Of a stretch of 27,461 bases of DNA, positions 6,559 through 15,174 are shown piece by piece (positions within the stretch are counted from its first letter, which is position 1; each line of letters begins with the position of its first letter). The position numbers and the translations under genes are program-made. The notes beneath the pieces are model-generated. The model saw only the letters and a program-made list of their open reading frames with translations, made no database searches and had not been told where the DNA came from. The stretch comes from a virus. Taxonomy: Duplodnaviria; Caudoviricetes. The stretch lies in IMG/VR virus record IMGVR_UViG_3300044782_000003, positions 1-27,461 of that record; one strand, written 5' to 3'.

Positions 6559-7092
6559 TTACCAAGTAAGCCCCCCGCCGACGAAGTAGCGTCCAGACGT
6601 GTCTGCTTGTCCGTGGACGGTTACGTGCAATCGCTTTATTTGTGCAAACTCATACTGAGCAAGCCCCAGAAATACGCCGTTTTCTTCATCGTTTATTCCG
6701 TAAAACGCGCCCAATTTCAAACGGCGGTCAAATGCCAGCCATGGCGTAGGATCGCGCCTTACGTACATGTCTACCTTACCTGATTCTATATTAGCCAATG
6801 CCGATACAGTATGCGGGTAATCGCTGGCCTTTACTTGGGTCGAGCCGACAATCTTTTGTACAGGGTCTTTAACCACTGCCGCAGGGAGTGAAAGTTTTCG
6901 CTTAACGCGATCTGGATAGACAACGATAGGTCGGCAAGACAAAGTTTCAGGCTTTTCATTCTTCAACTCCTTGGCGGGTTGGGCGAGGATGGAAGGTTCG
7001 GTGATTTTCTTCAGAGCGTTGTAGGCGCAGGTTCCCGCTATCAGTGCGGCCCCGGCGATGGCGGCTAGAGAGTGCGAGGCAAAACTGTTCAT
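6559..7092 (-). CDS. Envelope protein of the lysis cassette; N-terminal hydrophobic anchor and C-terminal amphipathic beta-strands (spanin-like candidate)
   Basis: SLAAIAGAALIAGTCAY N-terminus; ends GRYFVGGGLTW; last gene of the late operon, in the position where spanins usually lie. Confidence 0.6.
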   Translation of the reverse strand: MNSFASHSLAAIAGAALIAGTCAYNALKKITEPSILAQPAKELKNEKPETLSCRPIVVYPDRVKRKLSLPAAVVKDPVQKIVGSTQVKASDYPHTVSALANIESGKVDMYVRRDPTPWLAFDRRLKLGAFYGINDEENGVFLGLAQYEFAQIKRLHVTVHGQADTSGRYFVGGGLTW

Positions 7093-7478
7093 GGCTTTGG
7101 CGTCTCCGTGGTGGTTTTCTTCGAGGATGACGGAGCAGGCGTCTCGACGATTGTTTCAATGGTTCCGCGGCGCGCGCGCAATGTTGCTGCATAGCCAGAT
7201 ACACCACCGAGATAGGCAAGCGCCACACCCATGATTGCGGCGAGCCCAACCGCATCGGATCTTTCGGAGTGTGCGTAAACGGCCGGCAACCACACACACA
7301 TCACAACCCCGGCGCCCTGGCCGATACGGTTCCAGTCTGCATACTGTTTTCCGTCCTGTCCTTTGGAAGAGATCAACTGTGACCATTCAAGATTGTTGTC
7401 AAGGCTGTTCACCACGCGGATGAACGCGTAGGCGAGCAGCAGGACAAAGACAACGAAGACACCGAATACCAGGCTCAT
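7089..7478 (-). CDS. Putative holin (three hydrophobic segments, hydrophilic C-tail)
   Basis: Hydrophobic stretches at about residues 3-22, 52-68 and 75-97; charged Thr/Pro-rich tail; located in the lysis cassette. Confidence 0.55.
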   Translation of the reverse strand: MSLVFGVFVVFVLLLAYAFIRVVNSLDNNLEWSQLISSKGQDGKQYADWNRIGQGAGVVMCVWLPAVYAHSERSDAVGLAAIMGVALAYLGGVSGYAATLRARRGTIETIVETPAPSSSKKTTTETPKP

Positions 7479-7567
7479 TTTTCCTGCCTGAAACTCATGA
7501 CAAAATTACAGGCAAACCAGATCAGCAACGCTGCGATGACCAGCATCAAATACAACTTCGCCGTCAT
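7475..7567 (-). CDS. Tiny single-TM protein (30 aa) of the lysis cassette
   Basis: MTAKLYLMLVIAALLIWFACNFVMSFRQEK*; ATGA overlaps at both ends exactly fill the gap between neighbours. Confidence 0.65.
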   Translation of the reverse strand: MTAKLYLMLVIAALLIWFACNFVMSFRQEK

Positions 7568-7836
7568 GGTCTTCTGCCGGTATGGGTTCTCTGATGTACA
7601 TAAGCGTCCACCCTGTGCCTCTCCAGTTCGGCATTAATCGTCGCCACATCCTTTCCTATGATGGCAATCTGGATGGCGTTCGCTCTCAGATCGGTACTGA
7701 TGTCTCGCAGTGTTGTTCCTACCCATAGAATCCCGGATAGAACCAAGGCCGTAAATACCGTGTTCAGATTTATTCCGACCTCTGCAATGCGGTCTCTCAC
7801 CGGCATTGGGTCTCTTTGTTTCCGCTCACGCTTCAT
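7564..7836 (-). CDS. Single-TM plus coiled-coil membrane protein (holin/antiholin-like)
   Basis: LNTVFTALVLSGILWVG TM segment followed by a heptad region; coupled overlaps. Confidence 0.6.
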   Translation of the reverse strand: MKRERKQRDPMPVRDRIAEVGINLNTVFTALVLSGILWVGTTLRDISTDLRANAIQIAIIGKDVATINAELERHRVDAYVHQRTHTGRRP

Positions 7837-8288
7837 ATGTGCTTCCCTGAGTCAGCGCGTATAGTCTTGAATTGCTCGCTCACGCGCTCCATGAGCGCCT
7901 TGGAACATTTTTCAATCTGTGTGGCAACGGTATGGTTAAGTGATTCTCCGAGACCGTGTAACTGTGTCGTCCATACTACCTGTTGACGCTCGAACAAAAC
8001 CCTGAGCTCGTTGACGCTCCCAACGATGTCGGCCACGGTTTCATTCAGAATCTTATGCTTGCCAACAAATTCCTGCTCAATGCGGCTGACAAGACCCTGC
8101 GTCTCAGGTCGCCCCATCCAGTCATCCTTGAAGCCAAGAACCTGTTTTTCCAGAAACTCAATGCGCCTCGCCTTCTCGGCCAAGTCGCGCTGATAGGCCC
8201 ATGAAATGAGGCCGATGACGACCATGACAAGGATAGAAATGATGGAGCCAGCTACTGCAACGACAAATATAAGGGTTTCTTTATCCAT
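7833..8288 (-). CDS. N-terminal TM plus coiled-coil protein (lysis-associated)
   Basis: LIFVVAVAGSIISILVMVVIGLISWAY TM segment, then a helical region; directly follows the endolysin. Confidence 0.65.
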   Translation of the reverse strand: MDKETLIFVVAVAGSIISILVMVVIGLISWAYQRDLAEKARRIEFLEKQVLGFKDDWMGRPETQGLVSRIEQEFVGKHKILNETVADIVGSVNELRVLFERQQVVWTTQLHGLGESLNHTVATQIEKCSKALMERVSEQFKTIRADSGKHI

Positions 8289-8297
8289 CGTTTGTCC

Positions 8298-8903
8298 TCA
8301 AGTCTGGCAGAACTTGATGATGGCCTCGGCGATCAGCGCGCAGGCGTCGTTACGTGTGGTCTCGATGACATCGCGGTTGAAGATGAACTCGGGTTCGATG
8401 ATGACGCTCGGAAAGCGCGGCGGCGACAAGAACGCCAGCAGCGCCTCGTCACCCTCCACGTCTCCGACGTAGTCGATTCGTCCAGGCTTGTCGGCGCGGA
8501 ACCAGCCTTCCTGTATACCGCGATCGCGATAAATAACGGCCAGGCCATCCTGAATCAACTGCGCGGCGCGCTGGCCACGCTTCGATCCAGGGTAATACAG
8601 CACCTCGCAGCCAGACCCTCTTCGCGCTTCGTTACTGTTGAAGTGGATCTCAGCGGATAGCGCCACGCGATGGCCTTCCGGCAGCCGGTAGGCATTCATC
8701 CACGCCACCTTGTCCTCAATCTGGCCAGTCGGAACCTCGACCACCGGGAACTGCTCACGGATCAGGTTGCCGATCTGGCCTACCCAACGGGCTGCCTCGG
8801 CGTGCTCGCAGAAACGATTCTCTCCGGTCTGTGGCCAGCAGGCGCCGGGCGCTGATGGGTAGTGGCCGGCGGAGAGCAACACAATGTTGGATGCCATGTT
8901 CAT
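8298..8903 (-). CDS. Endolysin, N-acetylmuramoyl-L-alanine amidase (Amidase_3)
   Basis: VLLSAGH...E...EIHFN..GSGCEVLY...VIIEPEF Zn-amidase motifs; start probably 8903 or 8897 (track gives 8939). Confidence 0.85.
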   Translation of the reverse strand: MNMASNIVLLSAGHYPSAPGACWPQTGENRFCEHAEAARWVGQIGNLIREQFPVVEVPTGQIEDKVAWMNAYRLPEGHRVALSAEIHFNSNEARRGSGCEVLYYPGSKRGQRAAQLIQDGLAVIYRDRGIQEGWFRADKPGRIDYVGDVEGDEALLAFLSPPRFPSVIIEPEFIFNRDVIETTRNDACALIAEAIIKFCQT

Positions 8904-9005
8904 AGCCAACAGATGCAGGCGATGATGGCCTGTAGCCATGAAACGTGTTCCGGGTCAGGGGTTGCCATGGTCAGAGACAATCGGATGGTTTCATGTTTTT
9001 GTCCA

Positions 9006-10193
9006 TTATCTGACTGATACCCAAAACGAAGCCGTTATGTCTCTGGAACTTCCGTTCGTGTTTTTTACGTAGATGCGTAAATACCCGGAAGCAGGTGTCC
9101 CGAGAACGGGACTCGCTAGGCTTGGCGCTCTGACATTGACGACGTACCCAAAATCATCAACTATCACCATTTCGGCATCATAGAGACCTGAACTTGTCAG
9201 CACGGCGCCACCCATTCGCATATTTCCTGAGCTAGTGCTGACGAGTCCGTGAGCGAAATCGAAAGACGTGGTTACACCGGTACCGACGGCAGAAAAAACG
9301 TGTGCATCAAATGCAGAAGTTGCTCCTTTTCTTAGGAATCTTGTTTCATAATGCGTTGCAGGATTATTAATCCTGACAATGACAATATCATTGACTTCTA
9401 TTTTTGCATCAGCCAGTACTCCGCTAATATTATTTGCCGCATCATCCCTTACGAGGGTGGCTGATCCAGTAGCAGGACCAAGCAGTGTTACCTCAAACTT
9501 ATTTCCGAGAGTGCTGGCACTTGGAAGATGAATATTAAGTCCTGCGCTGTTTATTTTTATTGATTTCCCTTGATACGTAGAATCCAGCGTTATATCTCCT
9601 GACATGCCGATCGATTCTCCGGCTAGCGTTGTGCGTGCCTCCGCATCTGTTATATCGTCCAGCAATGTGTTGATAAACACAGATACCGGTCCGAGGTCAG
9701 CGGATGTTCCAGCCGCCGCTATCGGTTTCCCGCTTGCATTGAAGGCCAGAAACTTGCTCGCCCTATCAGAATCGATTGGCAATTCCAGCAAACTACCAGT
9801 CTGCGTGTCGGTTTTAGGAACACGAAGGGCGCGAAGAAACAGGGCTTCTATTTTCCCATCGCGTTGCGCCGCCAGATCAAGGCCGTCCTCTACCGTTACC
9901 GATGGGAAGTCTCCGCCCAGCGGAATATCTGAGCTTTGCGTATTCGGCGGTTCAAGGGTGATGACAAGCGTTTCGCCGGTAGCCGGGGCCACAACGGCCG
10001 TGAGCGTGCCGGTGTCGCCTGGATCGGTTAGCGTATAATTCGTGGTTATCACCCACACCGTTTCTGCTCCAGCAGATGATCGCAAGGTCGCGACGACGTG
10101 AGACTTGGCGTTGTATTTCCATGTGACAGGAAACGCAGTGGTGGAGCCGTTGCCTGCGTAACTTAATGGAGTGGGGGCGGTTGATACGGTCAT
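9006..10193 (-). CDS. Tail fibre / receptor-binding protein with T7 gp17-like N-terminal adaptor
   Basis: MTVST....YAGNGSTTAFPVTW...NYTL...G.LT..APATG..L.I and EDGLD; LP....RASKFLAFNASG.P; LLDD....ARTTL; divergent beta-rich C-terminus. Confidence 0.85.
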   Translation of the reverse strand: MTVSTAPTPLSYAGNGSTTAFPVTWKYNAKSHVVATLRSSAGAETVWVITTNYTLTDPGDTGTLTAVVAPATGETLVITLEPPNTQSSDIPLGGDFPSVTVEDGLDLAAQRDGKIEALFLRALRVPKTDTQTGSLLELPIDSDRASKFLAFNASGKPIAAAGTSADLGPVSVFINTLLDDITDAEARTTLAGESIGMSGDITLDSTYQGKSIKINSAGLNIHLPSASTLGNKFEVTLLGPATGSATLVRDDAANNISGVLADAKIEVNDIVIVRINNPATHYETRFLRKGATSAFDAHVFSAVGTGVTTSFDFAHGLVSTSSGNMRMGGAVLTSSGLYDAEMVIVDDFGYVVNVRAPSLASPVLGTPASGYLRIYVKNTNGSSRDITASFWVSVR

Positions 10194-10203
10194 TGCGTGT
10201 CCT

Positions 10204-10905
10204 CTATGCGGCGATCTTGAAATACTCTGTTAGAACGGCCTTGAATGCGATACCGATTACTTCCAGATCTTCTTCGTCTTGGGCCAGTAGCATTAATTCT
10301 TTTTGCTTTTTTCGGTGTAAGAAGTCCCATTCCAAACTACCACCTGAATCTTGTATTACTGATACTGCCGACTCTACCGTTGCCGGATATGCCGTCAGCA
10401 CAAATTCTTGAGTCGTGGCGTTGACGTTAACATCAAGCGCGACATTAGCAGAATATTGCGTCAGAACCAGTGCTTGCGTCGTGGCAAGAACTTCTACGGC
10501 CGTACTGGTTTCAACCGTAGCGGCATAGGCAGTGATGACAAGTTGCTGTGTTGTCGCTTGGACATTTATATCCAGCGCGACATTCGCAGGATAGGCAGTC
10601 AGGACAAGTACTTGTGTTCCGGCCTGTACGTCGGTGGCAACGATAACAGATGCTGGGTAAGCGGTAAGAACAAGCGCCTGTGTGGTGGCGTTTACAGTGA
10701 CGCCGCCACCAGCCTCTGCGGCCTGGACCATCTGGCCGCCGCGAAGCCAAGCATGGTTTGTCCATTCTACTGCGGAAGCGTCGAACTCGATGCCTTCACC
10801 GGAAGATCTGTTGCCAAACCATCCCCAGTTCTTGGCGGCCGCCGCCGTCTCGAATTCTACAAGAATTACTCTCCCGTCTTGTAGAACCCAGACGTTCTCT
10901 GCCAT
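10204..10905 (-). CDS. Putative virion/tail-associated protein with five 22-24 aa repeats
   Basis: Repeats of the form V.ATTQ.LVLTAYPA.V; located in the tail-fibre region. Confidence 0.65.
   Translation of the reverse strand: MAENVWVLQDGRVILVEFETAAAAKNWGWFGNRSSGEGIEFDASAVEWTNHAWLRGGQMVQAAEAGGGVTVNATTQALVLTAYPASVIVATDVQAGTQVLVLTAYPANVALDINVQATTQQLVITAYAATVETSTAVEVLATTQALVLTQYSANVALDVNVNATTQEFVLTAYPATVESAVSVIQDSGGSLEWDFLHRKKQKELMLLAQDEEDLEVIGIAFKAVLTEYFKIAA
10365..10701 (-). repeat. Intragenic tandem repeat (5 x ~66-72 nt, degenerate)
   Basis: VNATTQALVLTAYPASV / VQAGTQVLVLTAYPANV / VQATTQQLVITAYAATV / VLATTQALVLTQYSANV / VNATTQEFVLTAYPATV; boundaries approximate. Confidence 0.8.
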
Positions 10906-11573
10906 TACTCAAATTCTTGTAGACAAATGTTAGTGACAAACTGACGAGTGTCGGCTGTTGTCCCAGCGTCGGGTTGCCAGCAAACAATTCCCTCACCGGG
11001 ACGCAGTATCATCTGACCCACTTCGTTTGGTTCCTCGTACTCTTGCACGCTGGCGATAATATAATCCCAGGCAGCGGTACCAGAAGCAAAGTGCGGGAGT
11101 GACGACCAGAAGGCATTACCGAGCGTTACCGTCATTCCCGTCGAGGCGGTTCTGAAAGTGGACTGTGCCGCCGCATCGGTGGAGTCTCTTTTCGCGTAGG
11201 GCTCGGCTGCTCCAGAAGCTGTACCAGTAAAAGTAAAGAGCGAGCACTGAACCCTCGGCATCGTCGGAACGGTTAGCGCCGTGCTGAACTGGTGAATGAC
11301 CTGAATTTTATGCACCGCCACTTTTATGGTTGACGCGACAGGATTCTGTAACCACCAAAAGCCTGTCGTTGTTCCATTTGTCGCTGCGGCGGTAATTGTG
11401 TGCTTACCGCTGTCTGAACGGTATACGCCAGTCACGCTTCTTAGGCTTATCGGTATGACGAAATCTTCGTGGACAGTATCAGCACCGACGACGCGCGTTT
11501 GCGTGCGCTTCTTCTTGCCGGTGTTGCCGGTGTCGAGCGGGAGGATTACTTTGTCTGCGATAGGTGCGGCCAT
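10905..11573 (-). CDS. Putative structural (tail-associated) beta-rich protein
   Basis: 222 aa, Thr/Ala/Gly-rich, SD AAGGA, late operon context. Confidence 0.6.
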   Translation of the reverse strand: MAAPIADKVILPLDTGNTGKKKRTQTRVVGADTVHEDFVIPISLRSVTGVYRSDSGKHTITAAATNGTTTGFWWLQNPVASTIKVAVHKIQVIHQFSTALTVPTMPRVQCSLFTFTGTASGAAEPYAKRDSTDAAAQSTFRTASTGMTVTLGNAFWSSLPHFASGTAAWDYIIASVQEYEEPNEVGQMILRPGEGIVCWQPDAGTTADTRQFVTNICLQEFE

Positions 11574-11584
11574 TTATGTTTCCT

Positions 11585-12028
11585 TTATGCTTTCGTCATC
11601 GCGGCGAGGCCGCTAGCATTCCAAGTGATCGTCAGCGGTCCAGCGGTCATGTCAACGGGTCCACCCAAATCTAGGTATCCCCATGCGTCATTACCTGCAT
11701 TAGTATCGTTGTAGACGATCCCCCAATAGGCATCCACGTCATTCAAGGCATTCTGCGCCCATGTCGGGTTGGTGGCGGAATCGTAAGTCGTCACGGCTCC
11801 GGCCTGAGTCACGAACGCACCCCATGTTCCGAGTGACGTGCCGCCTGCCACATAGGAACCTGCTGTACCGACCTCTGTGAAGTCGTTCAGCGACGGCGTG
11901 GCGGTCGTGGCCGTGGGCGCCACGGTGTTGTCACAGATGGCGACCTTGATGGTATCGCCGGAAGCCCAACCGCCATCCAGTTGCAGAGCCATGGATTCGT
12001 TGAAGACTACAAAGTCGCCTCTGGCCAT
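11585..12028 (-). CDS. Putative minor tail/fibre-associated structural protein
   Basis: DTIKVAI..TEV...SYVAGG...PTW....AYWGIVYND...GYLDLG...LTITWNASG pattern typical of small phage structural proteins. Confidence 0.65.
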   Translation of the reverse strand: MARGDFVVFNESMALQLDGGWASGDTIKVAICDNTVAPTATTATPSLNDFTEVGTAGSYVAGGTSLGTWGAFVTQAGAVTTYDSATNPTWAQNALNDVDAYWGIVYNDTNAGNDAWGYLDLGGPVDMTAGPLTITWNASGLAAMTKA

Positions 12029-12047
12029 TATTGCATTACCTCAGTCG

Positions 12048-12500
12048 TTACCGTTGCGTCGGTTTTATCTTAACCGTTTTAATCCGGCCATCAAAATCAT
12101 GCGATGTTACCTCGAAATTGAAATCAGGGATTACCGGAACTGGTTTGCTTTTCCCAATCTCAGTGGTAATTCTGGATATCGATATTTGCAGGGAATTGTT
12201 GTGCTTCTCCAGTTCCGCGATACGTCCGTTCATTATCTCTATCTGACTACCAATCTGCCGTGTCTTCTCCATCGCCGCGTCACGAGCAGCGTTGGCGGCG
12301 TCTTTTGCCGTTCGCTCAACGCTAAGCGAGTCCTCAAGACCTTTGTTCTTGGCGGTCAGGTTATCAACATTTTCCTGCAACAGTCCTGTTTTCGATACGG
12401 CCTCATCACGTTCCAGTTCTGCCACCTTAGCTTTCGCTAAGGCTATGGACTCGACATCCACGGGTTCCGGATGCCGTTTGTGCAGTGGCAGTACGTTCAT
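12048..12500 (-). CDS. Coiled-coil hypothetical protein
   Basis: 150 aa with heptad-rich centre; ends HDFDGRIKTVKI. Confidence 0.6.
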   Translation of the reverse strand: MNVLPLHKRHPEPVDVESIALAKAKVAELERDEAVSKTGLLQENVDNLTAKNKGLEDSLSVERTAKDAANAARDAAMEKTRQIGSQIEIMNGRIAELEKHNNSLQISISRITTEIGKSKPVPVIPDFNFEVTSHDFDGRIKTVKIKPTQR

Positions 12501-12528
12501 TTGGCTTTGTGATCGTTAATAATGAAGT

Positions 12529-15174
12529 TCATCGCTCGATAGCTGCGCCAAGAGCTGGCGCGCGGTATGGCGCGAGTTCACCAGGCCCCCACCAAAAATC
12601 CTGTCCGTATTCTTTCGCCGTGCGCTTTCTGATTGACTGAAGGTATCCTGGAGATAGCGTCTCAAATATGTTCTGGAACACCAGATGATCGATCGCGGTC
12701 TTCGTGTACCAGAGGTTTCCTCCTGGAATGAACCCTTTCAGGTCTTGCGCGGTCTGTGCGGCAAGGTGAGTTTCTTTGCCTTCAATGGCTTTCGCTGCGG
12801 CATTCATGGGCTGTACAAGGCCAATCTCCAGCAGCGGACCGACTGTTGGTCCGGCAAGAGATTCAAGGATACCGGACCCGTAACGGGTATGATTCGCGCC
12901 GTAGAGGAAATCACCGTAGATGCCGAGTGCCCCTCCCTGAAGGAAGGACGCCGACCAAAACTTGTACCAGTTCTCATCCATCATCGATCGCGGGTCTTTT
13001 CCGCTAAGCATGTCTCTGGTCTGCATGAGCATGGCCCCTGCCAGAGTCGTGGAACCGATCAGGAAAGCCGTCATTGCCGCCTTGGACGTTGGTCCGTCCA
13101 TGTTTGACACCGCATCCATGCCACGTTGCAAGAACGCCCACGGGAACGACTTAAACTGCAACACGGAGCGCACAATTTCTCCCTTGACGGTGCCGCGTTG
13201 TAGATCACCATAGAACTGAGATCGCTCGCGCCATCCGGGCGTGACAATGGCGAAATCGCTCTCGGTGTTGACAGCGCCAAGGAGCTTCACAACCGCTTTG
13301 CGGCGGATGTCGGCGGCGTCCACGTCAGCACCGAATGCCTTCTTGATGTCGGCGTCCGGAATACGTGCGATGGATTCAGAGGTCAAAACGGCATCGTTTC
13401 CGCGCCCGAGGTCGTCTAGCTTGGCGAGCTTCCAGACATTCCAGTCTGTTTCCGTGATGCCAAAATTCTTTAACGTGCGAGTGTCTGTGTCATGAAGTTT
13501 GCCGAATTCAAGGCCGCCCTTGATCTGGTTTCCAATGGCGCCCATGAGCGACAGACCGAACGCACCCTTTCGGATTTCGTTGATGGCGTTCATGCCGGAA
13601 ATTCTCATCACGGCGTTTCCAATCTTGCCAGCTCCGGACTTGAACGAACCGGACGTACCGGCCCCGCCGCCTCCCAATCCCTCGTACACACGATTCAGGC
13701 CAGATCGAATACCCTCCAACATAAGGCCGTTCTGCTGCAATAGACGACGGTCGGAAGAGTTCTTTGGATTGAGCAGAGCAAGTTCATTCCGCCACCGCTG
13801 AATAATCGGCAGATCGTTCATGTGCGAGACGGCTTCCATCATCGGCTTGTCACCGAAGAACGAGGCAATCGATGCACCACCAAGTTTGCCGGCAACGTTC
13901 AGGCTTGCGATGCCGTCTGCGATGTTCGAGACGGTAAGATTTGCAGATGGCTTGATCTTCCCGGATGCGTAGTTGTAGAAATTATCGAGCTTGTGCGCAC
14001 GTCCCTCAATGTCAGTGGTCTTCGTAGGTTCAGCCTTTGTCATCTTCTGAACGGCGATATCTCGGAGCGTGCTGTAAGTCACATCTGGATTCGGGCCGAA
14101 GTGTTCAACAAAGGCGATGTCGCGGGACATCGTCTCAATGTGTCCGTGCAATATTTCAACGGCGGTCTTCTCTCCGAACATATTCCAGTAATTCAGGATG
14201 GAGTCTGCGTCCGGGAAGTGAATCTGCCTGTGTTCCGCGTGCCGTCCGGCGCGTCGGCCTGAACCAGCGACTACGCCAACTTCCTGCGTGGCATGGCCAT
14301 CTGTGGAAATATTGTCCCATGCCTTTTCAAGCAATCCGCGCAAGTCACCTTCGGCGAACGGGTTTCCTAGGTCGTCGATGTAATACTTTCCTCCGTCTCG
14401 GGTCTTCGACATGAGCGGCAGCATATGGTTAACCCACGCCTTGCGGTTCACGGCCGGGTCGTTGCTCTTTTTGCCGGTGAGGTAAAAGGCCGCATCCGCT
14501 ACCTTCAACTGACTGTGATGCTGAGGAAGGTACGGATCGTTTAGCTTTCCGATGTCGCCGCCGTTCTGGTTGAACACCTGGCGGGCTTCCTCCGCAACAT
14601 CGTGGAACGCTTTGGCCCCATTCTTGGCGATGGCGTTTCCGGTATCTTCGCCGCGTAGTTCCTTGATGAGCACCGTGAGCTTTTCTCGGTCTTGGAAGAA
14701 CCCGAAAAAATCATTACCGAGCGCATCCCACGCCGGTAGCAACCGACTCTGGAAGTAGCTTTTGTACCCGGCGACCTTCTGCTCAAGGCTCTCTATATTG
14801 GTCCGGCCGCTGTAGTCGCGCGCCATCAGGTTCTTAACGGCCTCGATGCCGTCCATATTCTGCATGAGGCCATCGAGTTCAGACTTTCGGGCGCTCAAGC
14901 GCGCTATCTGGAGCTTGGTGCGAGTGGCCGATACTTCCGATTCGTGGATGAGTTCTTTTGCGGCGCGGTCTGCGGCCATCTGGAACAATTGGTCACCGGC
15001 CACTGCCTGCTGAACATTCTTCAGTGGCGCCTTCAAGTCGCCCACGTCCACGCGTCCGGCCTTTATGTCGAGCGCCGCTTTGTGCAGCTTCTCGAAGATG
15101 GTTCGCACCTCGTCGTCGGTCAGGTCACGGCCAGCGGCACGTTTAAGACCTTCGATACATTTGATATAACTCAT
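12529..15174 (-). CDS. Large internal virion (DNA ejection) protein
   Basis: 881 aa, alpha-helical; YLPQHH, HRQIHF.DA, GTVKGEIVRSVLQFKSFP, GGALGIYGDFL and PGGNLWY motifs of epsilon15-like podophage core proteins; last of the ejection genes. Confidence 0.8.
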   Translation of the reverse strand: MSYIKCIEGLKRAAGRDLTDDEVRTIFEKLHKAALDIKAGRVDVGDLKAPLKNVQQAVAGDQLFQMAADRAAKELIHESEVSATRTKLQIARLSARKSELDGLMQNMDGIEAVKNLMARDYSGRTNIESLEQKVAGYKSYFQSRLLPAWDALGNDFFGFFQDREKLTVLIKELRGEDTGNAIAKNGAKAFHDVAEEARQVFNQNGGDIGKLNDPYLPQHHSQLKVADAAFYLTGKKSNDPAVNRKAWVNHMLPLMSKTRDGGKYYIDDLGNPFAEGDLRGLLEKAWDNISTDGHATQEVGVVAGSGRRAGRHAEHRQIHFPDADSILNYWNMFGEKTAVEILHGHIETMSRDIAFVEHFGPNPDVTYSTLRDIAVQKMTKAEPTKTTDIEGRAHKLDNFYNYASGKIKPSANLTVSNIADGIASLNVAGKLGGASIASFFGDKPMMEAVSHMNDLPIIQRWRNELALLNPKNSSDRRLLQQNGLMLEGIRSGLNRVYEGLGGGGAGTSGSFKSGAGKIGNAVMRISGMNAINEIRKGAFGLSLMGAIGNQIKGGLEFGKLHDTDTRTLKNFGITETDWNVWKLAKLDDLGRGNDAVLTSESIARIPDADIKKAFGADVDAADIRRKAVVKLLGAVNTESDFAIVTPGWRERSQFYGDLQRGTVKGEIVRSVLQFKSFPWAFLQRGMDAVSNMDGPTSKAAMTAFLIGSTTLAGAMLMQTRDMLSGKDPRSMMDENWYKFWSASFLQGGALGIYGDFLYGANHTRYGSGILESLAGPTVGPLLEIGLVQPMNAAAKAIEGKETHLAAQTAQDLKGFIPGGNLWYTKTAIDHLVFQNIFETLSPGYLQSIRKRTAKEYGQDFWWGPGELAPYRAPALGAAIER

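Noticed and set aside
7010-7092. Lipoprotein signal (AGTC) making this an o-spanin or u-spanin
   Set aside because: Poor match to the L-[AS]-[GA]-C lipobox and no C-terminal TM helix; not excluded without SignalP.
9006-10193. Diversity-generating retroelement target in the tail fibre
   Set aside because: No template/variable repeat pair or reverse transcriptase seen in the window.
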